Numbered from the stretch's first letter, positions 19,404 through 29,871 are shown. The stretch is 64,000 bases of DNA from an uncultured virus (IMG/VR IMGVR_UViG_2850711898_000002) (IMGVR_UViG_2850711898_000002); one strand, 5' to 3'. The notes: generated by a model from the letters alone, not told the origin. Numbers and translations are program-made.

Positions 19404-21941
19404 TTATCGGATATCGATACGTTTTACAAAATAATTAGAAAGGTCTTCAATCTCTATTGTTGTACCGTCTCTACCAACATACACTGCGAATTTCTTGACC
19501 CCTACACCATATAAACGACTTCCACCAGAATAGTGTGGAGTTACGTCATGAGTAGCAGACAAATAAACTCCACCGCCACTTTTACCTTCAATCTCTGCCC
19601 CTACTTCAAAACTGACAAGTTCAATATTGTTATTATCATCAAGACTGTGGTCTGATGATGACTGAAGATACAAAATAAGTGTTTTACCAAAACACTTTTC
19701 TGAAATATTAATACTCCCAGAACTTACATTACCTTGCCACACTGTTTTTAATGTACTAATTTGAGATAAACTCTCTTTCGCCTGCAAAAATTGCTCATTT
19801 ATATCAGATTTTGCATTGTTTATTTCTCGTAAAGTATATTGTTTATTTTCTTCTATTTTTTGTTCAACACTCTCAGATAACGCTTGCATATTTTGCGCAA
19901 GTGTACCCGCATCTAAAGCCCCAACATTTTCAACAACACCGAATGCCTTCACCCAAAATTGCACGTCATCAAATGTGTTTTTTGCTTTTATACAAAGTTT
20001 GAGAATAAGCGATTTAGGGCGAGTTTCATCTCCACCTGTTGCCATCGGGGTATCTAAAAGCGGATGCATAAATCCATTATCACTGAGATTATCATCGGTT
20101 GTAGTTGCAGTGCGTAATCGTGAATCTATAACAGTTTTCGTTTTGTCATAAAAAATACTACTATCAGATGAATCAGCCCAGTGTGTTCTCACTCTGTGAA
20201 CGTGCTTTTTAATCTCGTCACTTTGTGTCTGACCGATATTTAACCCATTCCCTGTATTTCTAATAAATCGGTCTTCCGCAAGTGGTACATTTGAAATAGA
20301 ACCATATTTACCGACTAAGTGACGATATAGCTCTGGGTAATTTTGCTGTGTAACGGTTGTTCTGATTGAATCAAAGGCAATCCAGCCTGCAGGGATATTA
20401 TCCACGGCAAAATAAGCCGTCATGCCCACATCACTACGAGTTAAATCAGGAAGTTGGTTGCTGTCGCCCAAAGTGCGGTATAAATCGGGGAAGGTTTGTT
20501 GGTTAAATGTTGAGCCATCTGCTTTTAAAAAACCAACTGGATTGGTTACCGCACGAGGAAATGACACTACCGCACCTAAAGGCAAGCCTTTTTTCGCGGC
20601 TTCGCCCACCGCATATTCGGAGGCAAATTTATTTTTGTCTGTTCCATCGGTTTTGTGAGATATAGGGAGGATGCCTGCAACACTTTCGGTGGCTGATTTT
20701 GCTGTCCATTTTGTATTGGCAAGCTCTTCGGCTGCAATGGCTTTATCATAAGCGGTTTTGGCTGCTTTACTTGTAGCAACATTATCTTCGCTTTCGCTAT
20801 TTACTGCAGAGGATTTTTTGCTGTTTGGGATTTTGTCTAGACTATCTATTTTGACCCAAGCCGACCAACTATCTGTCTGATAACTTGTCTGATGCCGCTC
20901 GTACATATCTGTGCTGTACGCCACATAAGCCAATTGGCGACACCAAGAGCCATCACCGCCAGCAATCACTTGGATGTGACAACTCGTTGATACGGGTAGA
21001 TTTTGCGAGCGGCTTGCTTGCGTAATCGCATAAACACCATCGGTTTTTAAGGTGTTTAAATTGCCAACAAAAGGCTCAATTTTAAAGTTCCCAATGCCAT
21101 AGCCTGCTAAGGTTGTGGCTGGGGATTGTTTGCTATTTGCGGTGCGTTGGGCATTATCTGCGGCAGTTTTGGCTTCCACCGCTTTATCATAAGCGGTTTT
21201 GGCTGCTTTACTTGTAGCAACATTATCTTCGCTTTCGCTATTTACTGCAGAGGATTTTTTGCTGTTTTGGATGTAATTTTGCGAGACATTTAACTGTAAT
21301 TGTGCAGTTTGTTGAGCAAGTTTTTTCCCCGCTTTTGCGGTGAGCGCAAGAGATTCACTTTCAAGCCCTGTATCGTTAGTAAGTTGGACTATGCCTTGTT
21401 GCGTGATACTGGCTTTAGCGATTTCGTGGGTGTGACCACTTTCATCAAATCCATTTTGCGTTGTGGCAGTAATGGTTTTTGGTGCCATTTGTTGGCGAGT
21501 CACAAAAATCACACTGTGATCGATGGATAAGGTTACTGCGCTAGAGGATTCTACTTTTAAGATCATCCGCAATACTTGGACTTTACCACTGCCGCTATTT
21601 TCTGCAGGTTTAAAACTTTCAGGGCAGTTTGCATAGGCAATGAGTTTGTTTTGTGCGTCAAATACGCCCATTTCTCGGATATAAAAACCGCCGATATTTT
21701 CAGGAATGGTTAATTCCACAATCACTTGTTTATTATTGCGAGGGTCCAGAGAAACTGCACTTACAGGCGCGATGTGCGTTTGATGCACAAGTGCTGTGGC
21801 ACTTGCTGTTGGTGTAACAGCTTGTCCATTGCCATCGCCCACAGCAAATTGAGTAAGTTGTAATGGCTGCCCTTGGCTTAATGCCTGAGCAAAAGCCCGT
21901 GTTCCGTAGTCGGTTAAGATTGCAAAATATTGTGATGCCAT
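19404..21941 (-). CDS. tail fibre protein (gpH-like, tail-collar domains)
   Basis: MASQYFAILT..AVGDGNG P2-type N-terminus, GIVQL repeat, PLGAVVSF / PAGWIAFD collar motifs. Confidence 0.92.
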   Translation of the reverse strand: MASQYFAILTDYGTRAFAQALSQGQPLQLTQFAVGDGNGQAVTPTASATALVHQTHIAPVSAVSLDPRNNKQVIVELTIPENIGGFYIREMGVFDAQNKLIAYANCPESFKPAENSGSGKVQVLRMILKVESSSAVTLSIDHSVIFVTRQQMAPKTITATTQNGFDESGHTHEIAKASITQQGIVQLTNDTGLESESLALTAKAGKKLAQQTAQLQLNVSQNYIQNSKKSSAVNSESEDNVATSKAAKTAYDKAVEAKTAADNAQRTANSKQSPATTLAGYGIGNFKIEPFVGNLNTLKTDGVYAITQASRSQNLPVSTSCHIQVIAGGDGSWCRQLAYVAYSTDMYERHQTSYQTDSWSAWVKIDSLDKIPNSKKSSAVNSESEDNVATSKAAKTAYDKAIAAEELANTKWTAKSATESVAGILPISHKTDGTDKNKFASEYAVGEAAKKGLPLGAVVSFPRAVTNPVGFLKADGSTFNQQTFPDLYRTLGDSNQLPDLTRSDVGMTAYFAVDNIPAGWIAFDSIRTTVTQQNYPELYRHLVGKYGSISNVPLAEDRFIRNTGNGLNIGQTQSDEIKKHVHRVRTHWADSSDSSIFYDKTKTVIDSRLRTATTTDDNLSDNGFMHPLLDTPMATGGDETRPKSLILKLCIKAKNTFDDVQFWVKAFGVVENVGALDAGTLAQNMQALSESVEQKIEENKQYTLREINNAKSDINEQFLQAKESLSQISTLKTVWQGNVSSGSINISEKCFGKTLILYLQSSSDHSLDDNNNIELVSFEVGAEIEGKSGGGVYLSATHDVTPHYSGGSRLYGVGVKKFAVYVGRDGTTIEIEDLSNYFVKRIDIR
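20740..21267. repeat. identical 87-bp direct repeat within tail fibre
   Basis: 20740-20826 equals 21181-21267; offset 441 bp (147 codons). Confidence 0.9.
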
Positions 21942-21949
21942 AAATATTC

Positions 21950-22489
21950 CTATTGTGGATATACCGTGATGATTTCGCCCCATTGCTGACCAACAAAGGC
22001 ACTAAGTGACCCTGTTGGGGAGATGGCGATAGCGAGCTGATTGAGATGTCTTGAGACGGGTTTAACATCGTTAATAAGTCGCACGAGTTCGTTATAGGTT
22101 TGTTCATTTAAACCACTTTCAGACACTTCTACGGTTAAGCTAAATGTTCCTGGCGTGCCTTGTGGGGTGGTTTGAAACCATTCTTTCAGTTCAATAAGAT
22201 AGCCTATTGGCTCAACCACACGTTTTACTGCGCCAATCGTGCCTTTGTGTTTGTGCACAAAATAAGATTGTTTAATCGCAATGCGTTTAACTTCTTCCGT
22301 CCAGTTTTCATCCCATTTATCCACCGAAAATGCCCAAGCTAAATAAGGCAGTAATTCAGCGGGACAACGTTCAGGATTGATTAAATCTGCAATAATAATA
22401 GGATTTTCTACCGCACTTTTTAGAATTTCAGCCGCACGTTTTTCTAATGGGGTTGAACCTATCGGCAGTAAATGCTTAGTAATCATCAC
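21950..22489 (-). CDS. baseplate protein I
   Basis: LLPYLAWAFSVDKWD, HKHKGT. Confidence 0.92.
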   Translation of the reverse strand: MMITKHLLPIGSTPLEKRAAEILKSAVENPIIIADLINPERCPAELLPYLAWAFSVDKWDENWTEEVKRIAIKQSYFVHKHKGTIGAVKRVVEPIGYLIELKEWFQTTPQGTPGTFSLTVEVSESGLNEQTYNELVRLINDVKPVSRHLNQLAIAISPTGSLSAFVGQQWGEIITVYPQ

Positions 22490-23390
22490 TTGTCACGATC
22501 TCCAAATTAATTGCCGTGCAGTAGGCTGATTTTGAGCTTGGTAACACAATGTCGGCGGTAGGCGAGATAAGCTCTACTCGTTGTACCCCTTCTAAATGTA
22601 AGGCGGCATAAATACCCGATAGGCTAATGTCTCGCCCTAAACGGTGTTTTTCTTCGGTGTAAGCCGTCAATTTTTTTAGAGCAGCCGCTTTGATTGGCTC
22701 GTATTCTGGGCCACGATATAGATGTAATTTGGCACGGATTTCATAAGATTGGATTACCGCACTTTGGACAATAACGCGGTCGCCAATAGGGCGGATGTCA
22801 TCATCATTAAGTTTTGCCCGAACCACATTTAAAAGACTTTCCTCTGCCTCGCCTTGTCCATTGCGACTTAAAATTGTCACGGTAACATTGGCGGGCTGAG
22901 GGGAAATCACCGACACATCTGCAACATCAGGGTGTGCAGAGAGTGCGTGGAAGATATAAGCAGAACGAGGCCCAGCCACAGAAAGCCCCTCAAAGGCTAA
23001 TTGCGTACGCAATCTCAATGAGGTGTCATCTTCTAAAATTTCGGGGATTTTAGGCGTAACATTATTATTCGCCTCTTGAATGACTTGTCTTTTTACATTG
23101 TAATTGGCAGCAATCACATCTAAATCTGAACCGCTTGCATAGGCTAACATTGTGGCTTTTGCCGCATTGTTGATGCGGTTTCTTTCCATCAACTGTAAGT
23201 AAACCACTTCTTGTAATAATTTTGTGATAGGTTCACTTTCTAAACTTAGTCGTGCTTGCCAAAATGCCCTTTCATTTTGTGGGAAAAGCGCGATAAATTC
23301 CGCTTTTCTGTCTGCGAGCAAACTTTCAAAATCTAAATCTTCCAGCACTTTCGGTGCATCTAGTTTTGATAAATCGACTAATTCGCTCAT
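22476..23390 (-). CDS. baseplate protein J
   Basis: LESEPITKLL, SVAGPRSAY. Confidence 0.93.
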   Translation of the reverse strand: MSELVDLSKLDAPKVLEDLDFESLLADRKAEFIALFPQNERAFWQARLSLESEPITKLLQEVVYLQLMERNRINNAAKATMLAYASGSDLDVIAANYNVKRQVIQEANNNVTPKIPEILEDDTSLRLRTQLAFEGLSVAGPRSAYIFHALSAHPDVADVSVISPQPANVTVTILSRNGQGEAEESLLNVVRAKLNDDDIRPIGDRVIVQSAVIQSYEIRAKLHLYRGPEYEPIKAAALKKLTAYTEEKHRLGRDISLSGIYAALHLEGVQRVELISPTADIVLPSSKSAYCTAINLEIVTSDDY

Positions 23391-23725
23391 TGTTTATGTC
23401 CTAAAAATAGTTTTTCGTTGTGCATTTCTTGGTTATCTTTACGACTGCGTGCGACATAACTTGCCACAATGCCACCTTCAACCAACTCTGGTTTAAATTG
23501 TGTGATCTGTACACGTGGTTCCCAACGATTAATTGCGGTGACGGCGCAAGCTGCCAGTTGTAATAACAATGTGTGGCTAATTGGGCGGTCTATTAGCATT
23601 GGAATTAAACTGCCATATTCACGCCGCTGAATACGTGAGCCAACTGGTGTTAGCAAAATATCGGCAATAGATTGTTTAATGTGGTCGCTTTCTTTTTTTA
23701 ATGTTTCGCCAGTGTATCGATTCAT
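23387..23725 (-). CDS. baseplate protein W (gp25-like)
   Basis: HIKQSIADILLTPVGSR, RWEPR. Confidence 0.92.
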   Translation of the reverse strand: MNRYTGETLKKESDHIKQSIADILLTPVGSRIQRREYGSLIPMLIDRPISHTLLLQLAACAVTAINRWEPRVQITQFKPELVEGGIVASYVARSRKDNQEMHNEKLFLGHKQ

Positions 23726-23726
23726 G

Positions 23727-24320
23727 CTATACCTTTGCGTTAGAGGTTCGTTGGCCATCGCCTTGTTCAACGTGAACGTGGTTTTGTAAACTAATCTCTC
23801 CGCCTTTAATATCGCCACTTGCGGTCACACTGCCTTGTGTGCTGATATTGCCTTTTGTGGTGCTTGTGCCTGTGGTTGATAAAGAGCCGTCAATATTTAC
23901 ATCGCCTTTGATATTGATAGTGGGGCAGTCAATATCAATTTGATTAGCGGCAGTAATACTGGCTGTTTTGATACCTGTCACAACCAATGCGCCACTTGAT
24001 TGGTTGTAGGTAATTTTGGCACCGTCAGCAAATTCAATAACGTGTTCGTCGGCTGAATGGCTAGGGCTGTTTTGTGTGTAAAGCCCAACTAATATGCAGG
24101 CAGTGGTAAATTCGCCACTAACGGATAACATCACACATTGTTCACCCACCGTCGGTGGTGACCATGTTTTGGTTGTACCAGCTCGAAATGTAATAAATGG
24201 TAAAAACTCTGTGAGAATATCACCGCTCTTTACACGAGCACGTGCGGTGGCGTGATTCACTTCAGCGATCACTCCAAAGCGGATAATGTTGTCTAGTTTT
24301 CGTTGTAATTCAGCAGACAT
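23727..24320 (-). CDS. baseplate spike protein V
   Basis: WSPPTVGEQ, C-terminal SLQNHVH. Confidence 0.93.
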   Translation of the reverse strand: MSAELQRKLDNIIRFGVIAEVNHATARARVKSGDILTEFLPFITFRAGTTKTWSPPTVGEQCVMLSVSGEFTTACILVGLYTQNSPSHSADEHVIEFADGAKITYNQSSGALVVTGIKTASITAANQIDIDCPTINIKGDVNIDGSLSTTGTSTTKGNISTQGSVTASGDIKGGEISLQNHVHVEQGDGQRTSNAKV

Positions 24321-24388
24321 AGGCATTCACAGTTAAAGAATATGCCTTATTGTTGGCAATATTGTGTGGTGTGGCGAGTGGGGGAGTG

Positions 24389-24407
24389 TGTGGAATAGTA
24401 GGTAACA
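24389..24407. promoter_or_regulatory. late promoter activator site (pV) TGT-N13-ACA
   Basis: Dyad 40 bp from a -10-like element; terminator hairpin adjacent at 24407-24426. Confidence 0.65.
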
Positions 24408-24428
24408 AAAAAGGGCTTTCGCCCTTGA

Positions 24429-27167
24429 TTATGCTCTATCCCACATTGAACTTCTTGCTCTTGCTTGGCGTTGGTTTTCGATGCGTTGTATTTCTTTTGC
24501 TACTTGTTGTGCGATGGCTCGTTCGTCCATACCTTTGGCGGCATGGATAGTGATATTTACGCTCATTGGTTGGCTAGTTTGCGTCATCATTGGACGAGCA
24601 GAAATGGGTGCACGAGTATCAACTTGCACAGGGGCAGCTGTTGCAACGCTGATACCCAAACCGCCCGCAATCAGTGCTTGTTTGCCGTAATTAAGGGCGT
24701 TGAGTGTATTTACACCAAGGCGTGATGTGGCTTCTTTGGTCATTACGTATTCGCCACCGTGGACAATGCCAGCTGGTTCGTATTTGCCGCCGTTGCCAGT
24801 GTAGCCGCCTGAAGAATACATATTCGAATCAGAAAGTGCATCGAGTGTTCTTTCAGTTATACTTCCTGATTTGATAACCTTATTTGTTTCTTCATTTCTT
24901 GATTGTTTGGCATTTTCAACAATTTTTGCTCCCGCTTGAATACCTGGCATATTATTGATTACCCATTTAATGCCATCCATTAGTAGCTGTAATGGTTTGA
25001 GAGCTAAATCAATACCTGCGGCTATCCATTCGCCAAATTTTTTACCTGCACTGGCTGCAGCATCTAAATCTTCTTTGGTGCTTTGTACTGGAGACAATAA
25101 ATCAGTAAACCATTTTACCGCTTTTTCAATCCAGCCAACGACCACACCAAATGCAGTGCCTAACGGTTGGAATTTTTCAAGGACTGGGGCGAGACCTGAT
25201 TTTAAGCCATCCCAAAAACCACCGAAAAAGGCTTTGATTGGTTGCCAGAATTTATAGATTAAGAGTCCCGCACCAATAAAAGCTGCGCCGCTAAGTGACA
25301 GAATATAAGGCAGAAGTTTTAGAGGGGAAAGTAATCCTCTTAATATTAGCCGCCCTGCAGATGATAAATATCCTGAAAATTTAGGAAGAATTACATTTAG
25401 TTTGGATAAGCCTAAAAATAGCCGTGCAGCTGGATAGAGTATAAAACTTAAAGCAAGGCTTAATGCACCTAATAGACTTAAACTTCCCCCGATTGCAGCT
25501 GCAGTTTTTGCTATAGTAGAGGTCAATTTAGGATGTTTATCAATCCACGTCTGGATTTTATCAAGCAAATAGCCAACTCCGTCCATTAAGCTAGTCATCG
25601 TATCTTTTAAACTGGCTCCTACAGAACTATTTACATTGAATAAACGATTTTTAAATAATTGCCATTTTGCTGATAAAGTAGTCATTCGGGTTTGGAATTC
25701 CCTAGCCATACTATTTTTAGCTTCTTCACTATTTGCCAGTTCAATTTGTCTGCGCCATTCTTCGGTATTGGCAACAAGCCCTGCTAATTGGGTATTATAA
25801 TTTCCGCCTGCAATATCGCTAATTACGCCAGCCTGTAAATGTTTAGGCAATTTTTTTATTTTTTCAACAATCATCATTAACGTACCTTGAGCATCTTTTA
25901 CCATTGCTTTTTGAATCGCTTTTGGATCTAAACCTAACGCTTTTAGTCCGTTATTAACGGGTTTCATTCTAGTGGCTTTACTTAGACGGTTGAACGTACT
26001 TTCGATTGCTTTGGCTGATGTACTGGCTTCGTTTCCTGCCGTTAATAAAGTTGAACCAAGTGCAGCAAGATTCTTTTCACTAATTTTGACTAAATTACCA
26101 ATTCCTGATGTGTTATTTAGGAAATTAATAATATCTGTCCCCTTTGAAATGGCATTATCATCTAAATAGTTAATAGTATCGGCTAGCTCTTTGGCATCTT
26201 TGGTGGTTAATTTAAAGTTTTTCTGTACTTTACCAAATAACTCTACTAATTCATCGGGGTTTTCTGCATCAAATGCTGTCGCCATTTGGGTATTTAAGCG
26301 AATAAAATCTTCCAATTCATTTTCCTGAATATCCATTCTCGCTGCAGCAGTAACCATGTTACCAATTTGATTTGTGGTAAGAGGTAATTCAGTTGAAAGC
26401 TGTTTAATCTTATTTTTCCATTCATCGTATTTAGGGGTAAATTGCCCAAATTTGTCTTTTAGCCCTGGAACTTGGCGAGCAACCCCCGCCATAACATCTT
26501 CAAACGACATAAAATCTCGAATGGAATTGACAATTGGTGCAGTGATCGTTGTACCCGCAGCAGAGACTTGAGTGCCAATAATTTGTGCTTTTCCACTAAT
26601 ACTTTTGAGAGTTTCAACTTGCCCACGATATTGATTATAAGCAGCCTGCTTAGCGTTGAGTTTTTTCAATGCGGCTTCTTGATTTTTAATTTGATCCGTT
26701 GCACTTTTGGTATTTTTCTGCAGTTCTCTTTGCTTTTGCGCGAGTTTTTCTGCAGAAATGCCTGATTTTGCTAATTCTTGGCGTGCTTGCTGTAATTTAT
26801 TTGCTGCATCAATTTGTTCTTGCTTGAGTTTTTTTACCGCACTTTTCGCTTTCTCTACTTCCTTTTGAAGTCCTGCAGTAGGATGTTGAGCATTCTTCAT
26901 ATATTGAGCATAAGATGCGGCTTTTTGTTTGGCTTGCTCTAATTCTTGATTTAGTGAATCTAATTTTGATTTCAATGGGTTGATAGTAGAAGCATATTGT
27001 TTCATTGCTGCTTGATGCTGTTTATTTTGCTGATTTAGTTGTCGATGAATCGATTTGCTTTCTTTTAGTTTTGCCGATAGCTCATTAACGCTTTTAGATG
27101 CACTGCGAACTGGAGCAGAAATTTTATCAATGGCATTTAATAAAACGGTAAGTTGTAAATTATTCAT
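24429..27167 (-). CDS. tail tape measure protein
   Basis: 912 aa helical, LADTINYLDDN TP901-type core, GGYTGNGGKYEPAGIVHGGEYV C-terminus. Confidence 0.93.
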   Translation of the reverse strand: MNNLQLTVLLNAIDKISAPVRSASKSVNELSAKLKESKSIHRQLNQQNKQHQAAMKQYASTINPLKSKLDSLNQELEQAKQKAASYAQYMKNAQHPTAGLQKEVEKAKSAVKKLKQEQIDAANKLQQARQELAKSGISAEKLAQKQRELQKNTKSATDQIKNQEAALKKLNAKQAAYNQYRGQVETLKSISGKAQIIGTQVSAAGTTITAPIVNSIRDFMSFEDVMAGVARQVPGLKDKFGQFTPKYDEWKNKIKQLSTELPLTTNQIGNMVTAAARMDIQENELEDFIRLNTQMATAFDAENPDELVELFGKVQKNFKLTTKDAKELADTINYLDDNAISKGTDIINFLNNTSGIGNLVKISEKNLAALGSTLLTAGNEASTSAKAIESTFNRLSKATRMKPVNNGLKALGLDPKAIQKAMVKDAQGTLMMIVEKIKKLPKHLQAGVISDIAGGNYNTQLAGLVANTEEWRRQIELANSEEAKNSMAREFQTRMTTLSAKWQLFKNRLFNVNSSVGASLKDTMTSLMDGVGYLLDKIQTWIDKHPKLTSTIAKTAAAIGGSLSLLGALSLALSFILYPAARLFLGLSKLNVILPKFSGYLSSAGRLILRGLLSPLKLLPYILSLSGAAFIGAGLLIYKFWQPIKAFFGGFWDGLKSGLAPVLEKFQPLGTAFGVVVGWIEKAVKWFTDLLSPVQSTKEDLDAAASAGKKFGEWIAAGIDLALKPLQLLMDGIKWVINNMPGIQAGAKIVENAKQSRNEETNKVIKSGSITERTLDALSDSNMYSSGGYTGNGGKYEPAGIVHGGEYVMTKEATSRLGVNTLNALNYGKQALIAGGLGISVATAAPVQVDTRAPISARPMMTQTSQPMSVNITIHAAKGMDERAIAQQVAKEIQRIENQRQARARSSMWDRA

Positions 27168-27237
27168 TTTTTATTCACTTTTCTATTGACAAGATTAATT
27201 ATTTAGCTCAATAATCGAGTAAGCAAAAGGGGGAAAT

Positions 27238-27510
27238 ATGATTGCAATACTTTCATTATTTATTCTGTTTGTTGGCTTACTTGGGCTTGCAATTGGTTTT
27301 GGTGTAATTGCATTGCCTTGGTTAGTTTCTGGCATTATTGCCGCGCCTGTTCTGTTTCTTTATATGTTGATGATGGGGTCGGTGCTTTGGCTTGCTGAAA
27401 TCAACTTTTTCCTTGGTGTTGCAGCACTTGCAGTGTATTGCTATTGGATTCACATTATTCGCAAGCACATCAAATTAAAATCACAATCTAAAGACTTAAT
27501 TGCTCAATAA
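27238..27510 (+). CDS. membrane protein, moron-like
   Basis: Own TTGACA box at 27186, GGGGG RBS, highly hydrophobic, opposite to late operon. Confidence 0.65.
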   Translation: MIAILSLFILFVGLLGLAIGFGVIALPWLVSGIIAAPVLFLYMLMMGSVLWLAEINFFLGVAALAVYCYWIHIIRKHIKLKSQSKDLIAQ

Positions 27511-27946
27511 TTAAGTTTTCAATCAACTCCACATCACTTTCCGAAAAGCCCAGTAATTCACGCTGGGCATATTGCACTTTGAAATCTTTATTTTTAGATG
27601 GGCTAGAATGTAAGCCGTATTGATGCACTGCAGCAATGGCAGCACTTGAGCCATTAAACCCCACTGAAACTTCGTTTCCATTTGACCGCACTTTTAAATG
27701 TCGGGCGGTACGAAGTTTGGCGAACATGGCTTTGCGTTTGATTCGCCCTTTCTTTTTTCCAAATTCTTTACGTGGTTTTCTCGGTTCAAAGGCTGAACCA
27801 TCGGGATTTTGTTGGCGTGCAATTCGGTTCGATTGGCTTTTTCGTAAGGCTTGCCCGATTTTTCGCCCAAGCTGTCTGCGTGCTTGTGGAGAAAGATTGG
27901 CAATAAGTGCGGTCAATTTTGCCTGAACTTCTTCTACTGTTGCCAT
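27488..27946 (-). CDS. tail completion protein S
   Basis: RIARQQNPDGS, IAAVHQYG, RELLGFS. Confidence 0.92.
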   Translation of the reverse strand: MATVEEVQAKLTALIANLSPQARRQLGRKIGQALRKSQSNRIARQQNPDGSAFEPRKPRKEFGKKKGRIKRKAMFAKLRTARHLKVRSNGNEVSVGFNGSSAAIAAVHQYGLHSSPSKNKDFKVQYAQRELLGFSESDVELIENLIIEQLSL

Positions 27947-28416
27947 TAGACGATATCACCCTCAAAAATTGGCGAATGCCAGTTTTCCAAATAGACTTTT
28001 ACGTGAGTTGGTTCGTCCCATACGGGTTCTTTTGCATAATGGATCTGCACGTTATTCCCGTCTTTTTTCGACACGACACGTTCAGTGAGTTGGATTTCGA
28101 AACTAATATCTGCGGTGTTGTTATTGTTGTAATCCACCTGGAATTTAAATGCGTTCTCTCGAATTTGTGGATTTTCGAATATTTCAGGTTGATTTGTGCG
28201 GAGATAAGCCAGCATTGGCACAATCAAGGTGGCAATATCGCCTGCATAATCAGTCACTACAACATTGAGTGTATAACGATATTCAAAACTAAATGATGCG
28301 GCACCCGTTGCGATGATTTGCCCACCGTCCACATAAAGTTGTAGATGGTCGGGATTTTTTACAAAATCGGGATGGCTTTGTTCAAGGATTTTGCGTAGTT
28401 GGTTGGGCTTTTTCAT
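27946..28416 (-). CDS. tail completion protein R
   Basis: MKKPNQLR, SFEYRYTLN, LTERV. Confidence 0.9.
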   Translation of the reverse strand: MKKPNQLRKILEQSHPDFVKNPDHLQLYVDGGQIIATGAASFSFEYRYTLNVVVTDYAGDIATLIVPMLAYLRTNQPEIFENPQIRENAFKFQVDYNNNNTADISFEIQLTERVVSKKDGNNVQIHYAKEPVWDEPTHVKVYLENWHSPIFEGDIV

Positions 28417-28628
28417 TTGCGAAAATTCCGTTGTTGCATTTCGAATCTTTGTTGGCAAGTCACGCAACGTGTTACGCCCTGAATCATTTGTCTGCGTTTT
28501 TCTGGGATAGGGGCATCACAATCTTCACAATAAAGGCGACTTACTGCTTTAAAAGTGCGGTGTTTTTTAAGGGCGATTTCACGTTGCATTTCTTCAAGCT
28601 GTTGTGCTCGGTCGAATTGATCTGTCAT
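28413..28628 (-). CDS. TraR/DksA C4 zinc-finger protein
   Basis: CEDCDAPIPEKRR...RCVTCQ. Confidence 0.9.
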   Translation of the reverse strand: MTDQFDRAQQLEEMQREIALKKHRTFKAVSRLYCEDCDAPIPEKRRQMIQGVTRCVTCQQRFEMQQRNFRK

Positions 28629-28888
28629 GGCTGTTCCTTTTTATTAAATTCATCCATGCATTTTTTTAAACTTGAGTTCTCGATAATGCACAAATCAAGG
28701 TGGTGCTGTGTCTGTAAATAGGCTTCGGCTAATTCGCGATTGGTGCGAATTGGTGGTGAATACGCACTGCACTCTGTGGTTTGCGGACAAAGAATCGGCG
28801 ATTTAATGATTTCCTGCTGAGTTGAACAGGCGTTTAACATCATCAGGCAAAGGGCTATCAGCCCAATCTTGATTTGATTTAAGTACAT
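28625..28888 (-). CDS. o-spanin (LysC/Rz1-like lipoprotein)
   Basis: LNAC lipobox, overlaps upstream spanin; exact start uncertain. Confidence 0.75.
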   Translation of the reverse strand: MYLNQIKIGLIALCLMMLNACSTQQEIIKSPILCPQTTECSAYSPPIRTNRELAEAYLQTQHHLDLCIIENSSLKKCMDEFNKKEQP

Positions 28889-29153
28889 TTTTTAAATCCT
28901 GTGTTTGTTGATTTTGCTTTGCTTTGAGGTTGTTTACGGCTTGGATAAGCTGTGCTTGCTGTTCGGCAAAATTTTGAACGCTATGATTTAACTCAATGTA
29001 AGCGTTTTGCCATTTCAGTTTTAGCAGTTCTTCTTTGAGCATTTCTTTTCGCCAATAATTAGTCTCAAATCCCAGAAACATAATCAAGAGTACAAGCAAT
29101 ATTGGCCCGATAAGTAAAATGCTTCTTTCTTTGGCGGTTAAGAAATTAAACAT
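28803..29153 (-). CDS. i-spanin (LysB/Rz-like)
   Basis: N-terminal TM, coiled coil, WADSPLPDDV. Confidence 0.8.
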   Translation of the reverse strand: MFNFLTAKERSILLIGPILLVLLIMFLGFETNYWRKEMLKEELLKLKWQNAYIELNHSVQNFAEQQAQLIQAVNNLKAKQNQQTQDLKNVLKSNQDWADSPLPDDVKRLFNSAGNH

Positions 29154-29656
29154 AGGGCTTTCTCCTTTTGTCGGCGTTCAATTAAGCCTTTTAGCGGTTT
29201 TCCTGCAGCATAAATCCAACGCTCAAACTGACCGCACATGGCTTTGCTGTAGCCTTGGCGTGCCATTTTAAAAAGTGAGCTATTTTTTAATTTGCCACAT
29301 CCTACGTTAAAGGTAATGGACACTAAGGCATCAAATGCACCTTGTGGCATGGTTTGACCGTTGGCATATTGATTAACGCATTTTTCTGATTGTTTAATGC
29401 CTTTTACGTATAACTCGGCAATTTCTTGTAAGCTGTAAATTTTATTGCGGTCAATTTTTTCAACGGCATCGGTTATGCCTATGCCGACTGTTAAAACATC
29501 GGCAGGGCATTGATAGGGCTTTTTCATACAACCTTCTGCATTACCAATCAGTAACAAGCCTTTTTCTGATGTTTGAATTTCATTTCCATAAGTGGCAATC
29601 ACAAGTCCAACAACGGCGGATATGGCACAGATATATTTAGCAGAACGTTTAATCAT
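29138..29656 (-). CDS. SAR-type endolysin (GH24 lysozyme)
   Basis: AEGC...YQCPADVLTVGIG, GLIERR. Confidence 0.92.
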   Translation of the reverse strand: MIKRSAKYICAISAVVGLVIATYGNEIQTSEKGLLLIGNAEGCMKKPYQCPADVLTVGIGITDAVEKIDRNKIYSLQEIAELYVKGIKQSEKCVNQYANGQTMPQGAFDALVSITFNVGCGKLKNSSLFKMARQGYSKAMCGQFERWIYAAGKPLKGLIERRQKEKALCLIS

Positions 29657-29870
29657 GATGATGGATCCGTTGTTTAAGTTCTTTTTCTTTTAATTCAAAG
29701 TCTTTTTTCTTGTAATACCAATTCACAAGAAAGGTGGCGACACCAATCACAATACCTGTAATCGATGCGACATCAGCCCAATTTACATTTGAGAACATAT
29801 CGGCAATGCGTCCAATTAAGAAGGCGAATATTCCTGATGTGTAAGACGCTCTTGATGGTGTGTCGTGCAT
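29649..29870 (-). CDS. holin
   Basis: Two hydrophobic segments, TFLVNWYYKKK, precedes endolysin. Confidence 0.85.
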   Translation of the reverse strand: MHDTPSRASYTSGIFAFLIGRIADMFSNVNWADVASITGIVIGVATFLVNWYYKKKDFELKEKELKQRIHHHD

Positions 29871-29871
29871 A

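Noticed and set aside
19404..21941. Diversity-generating retroelement acting on the tail fibre
   Set aside because: No reverse transcriptase in the window; the 87-bp repeat copies are identical, with no adenine-specific mismatches.
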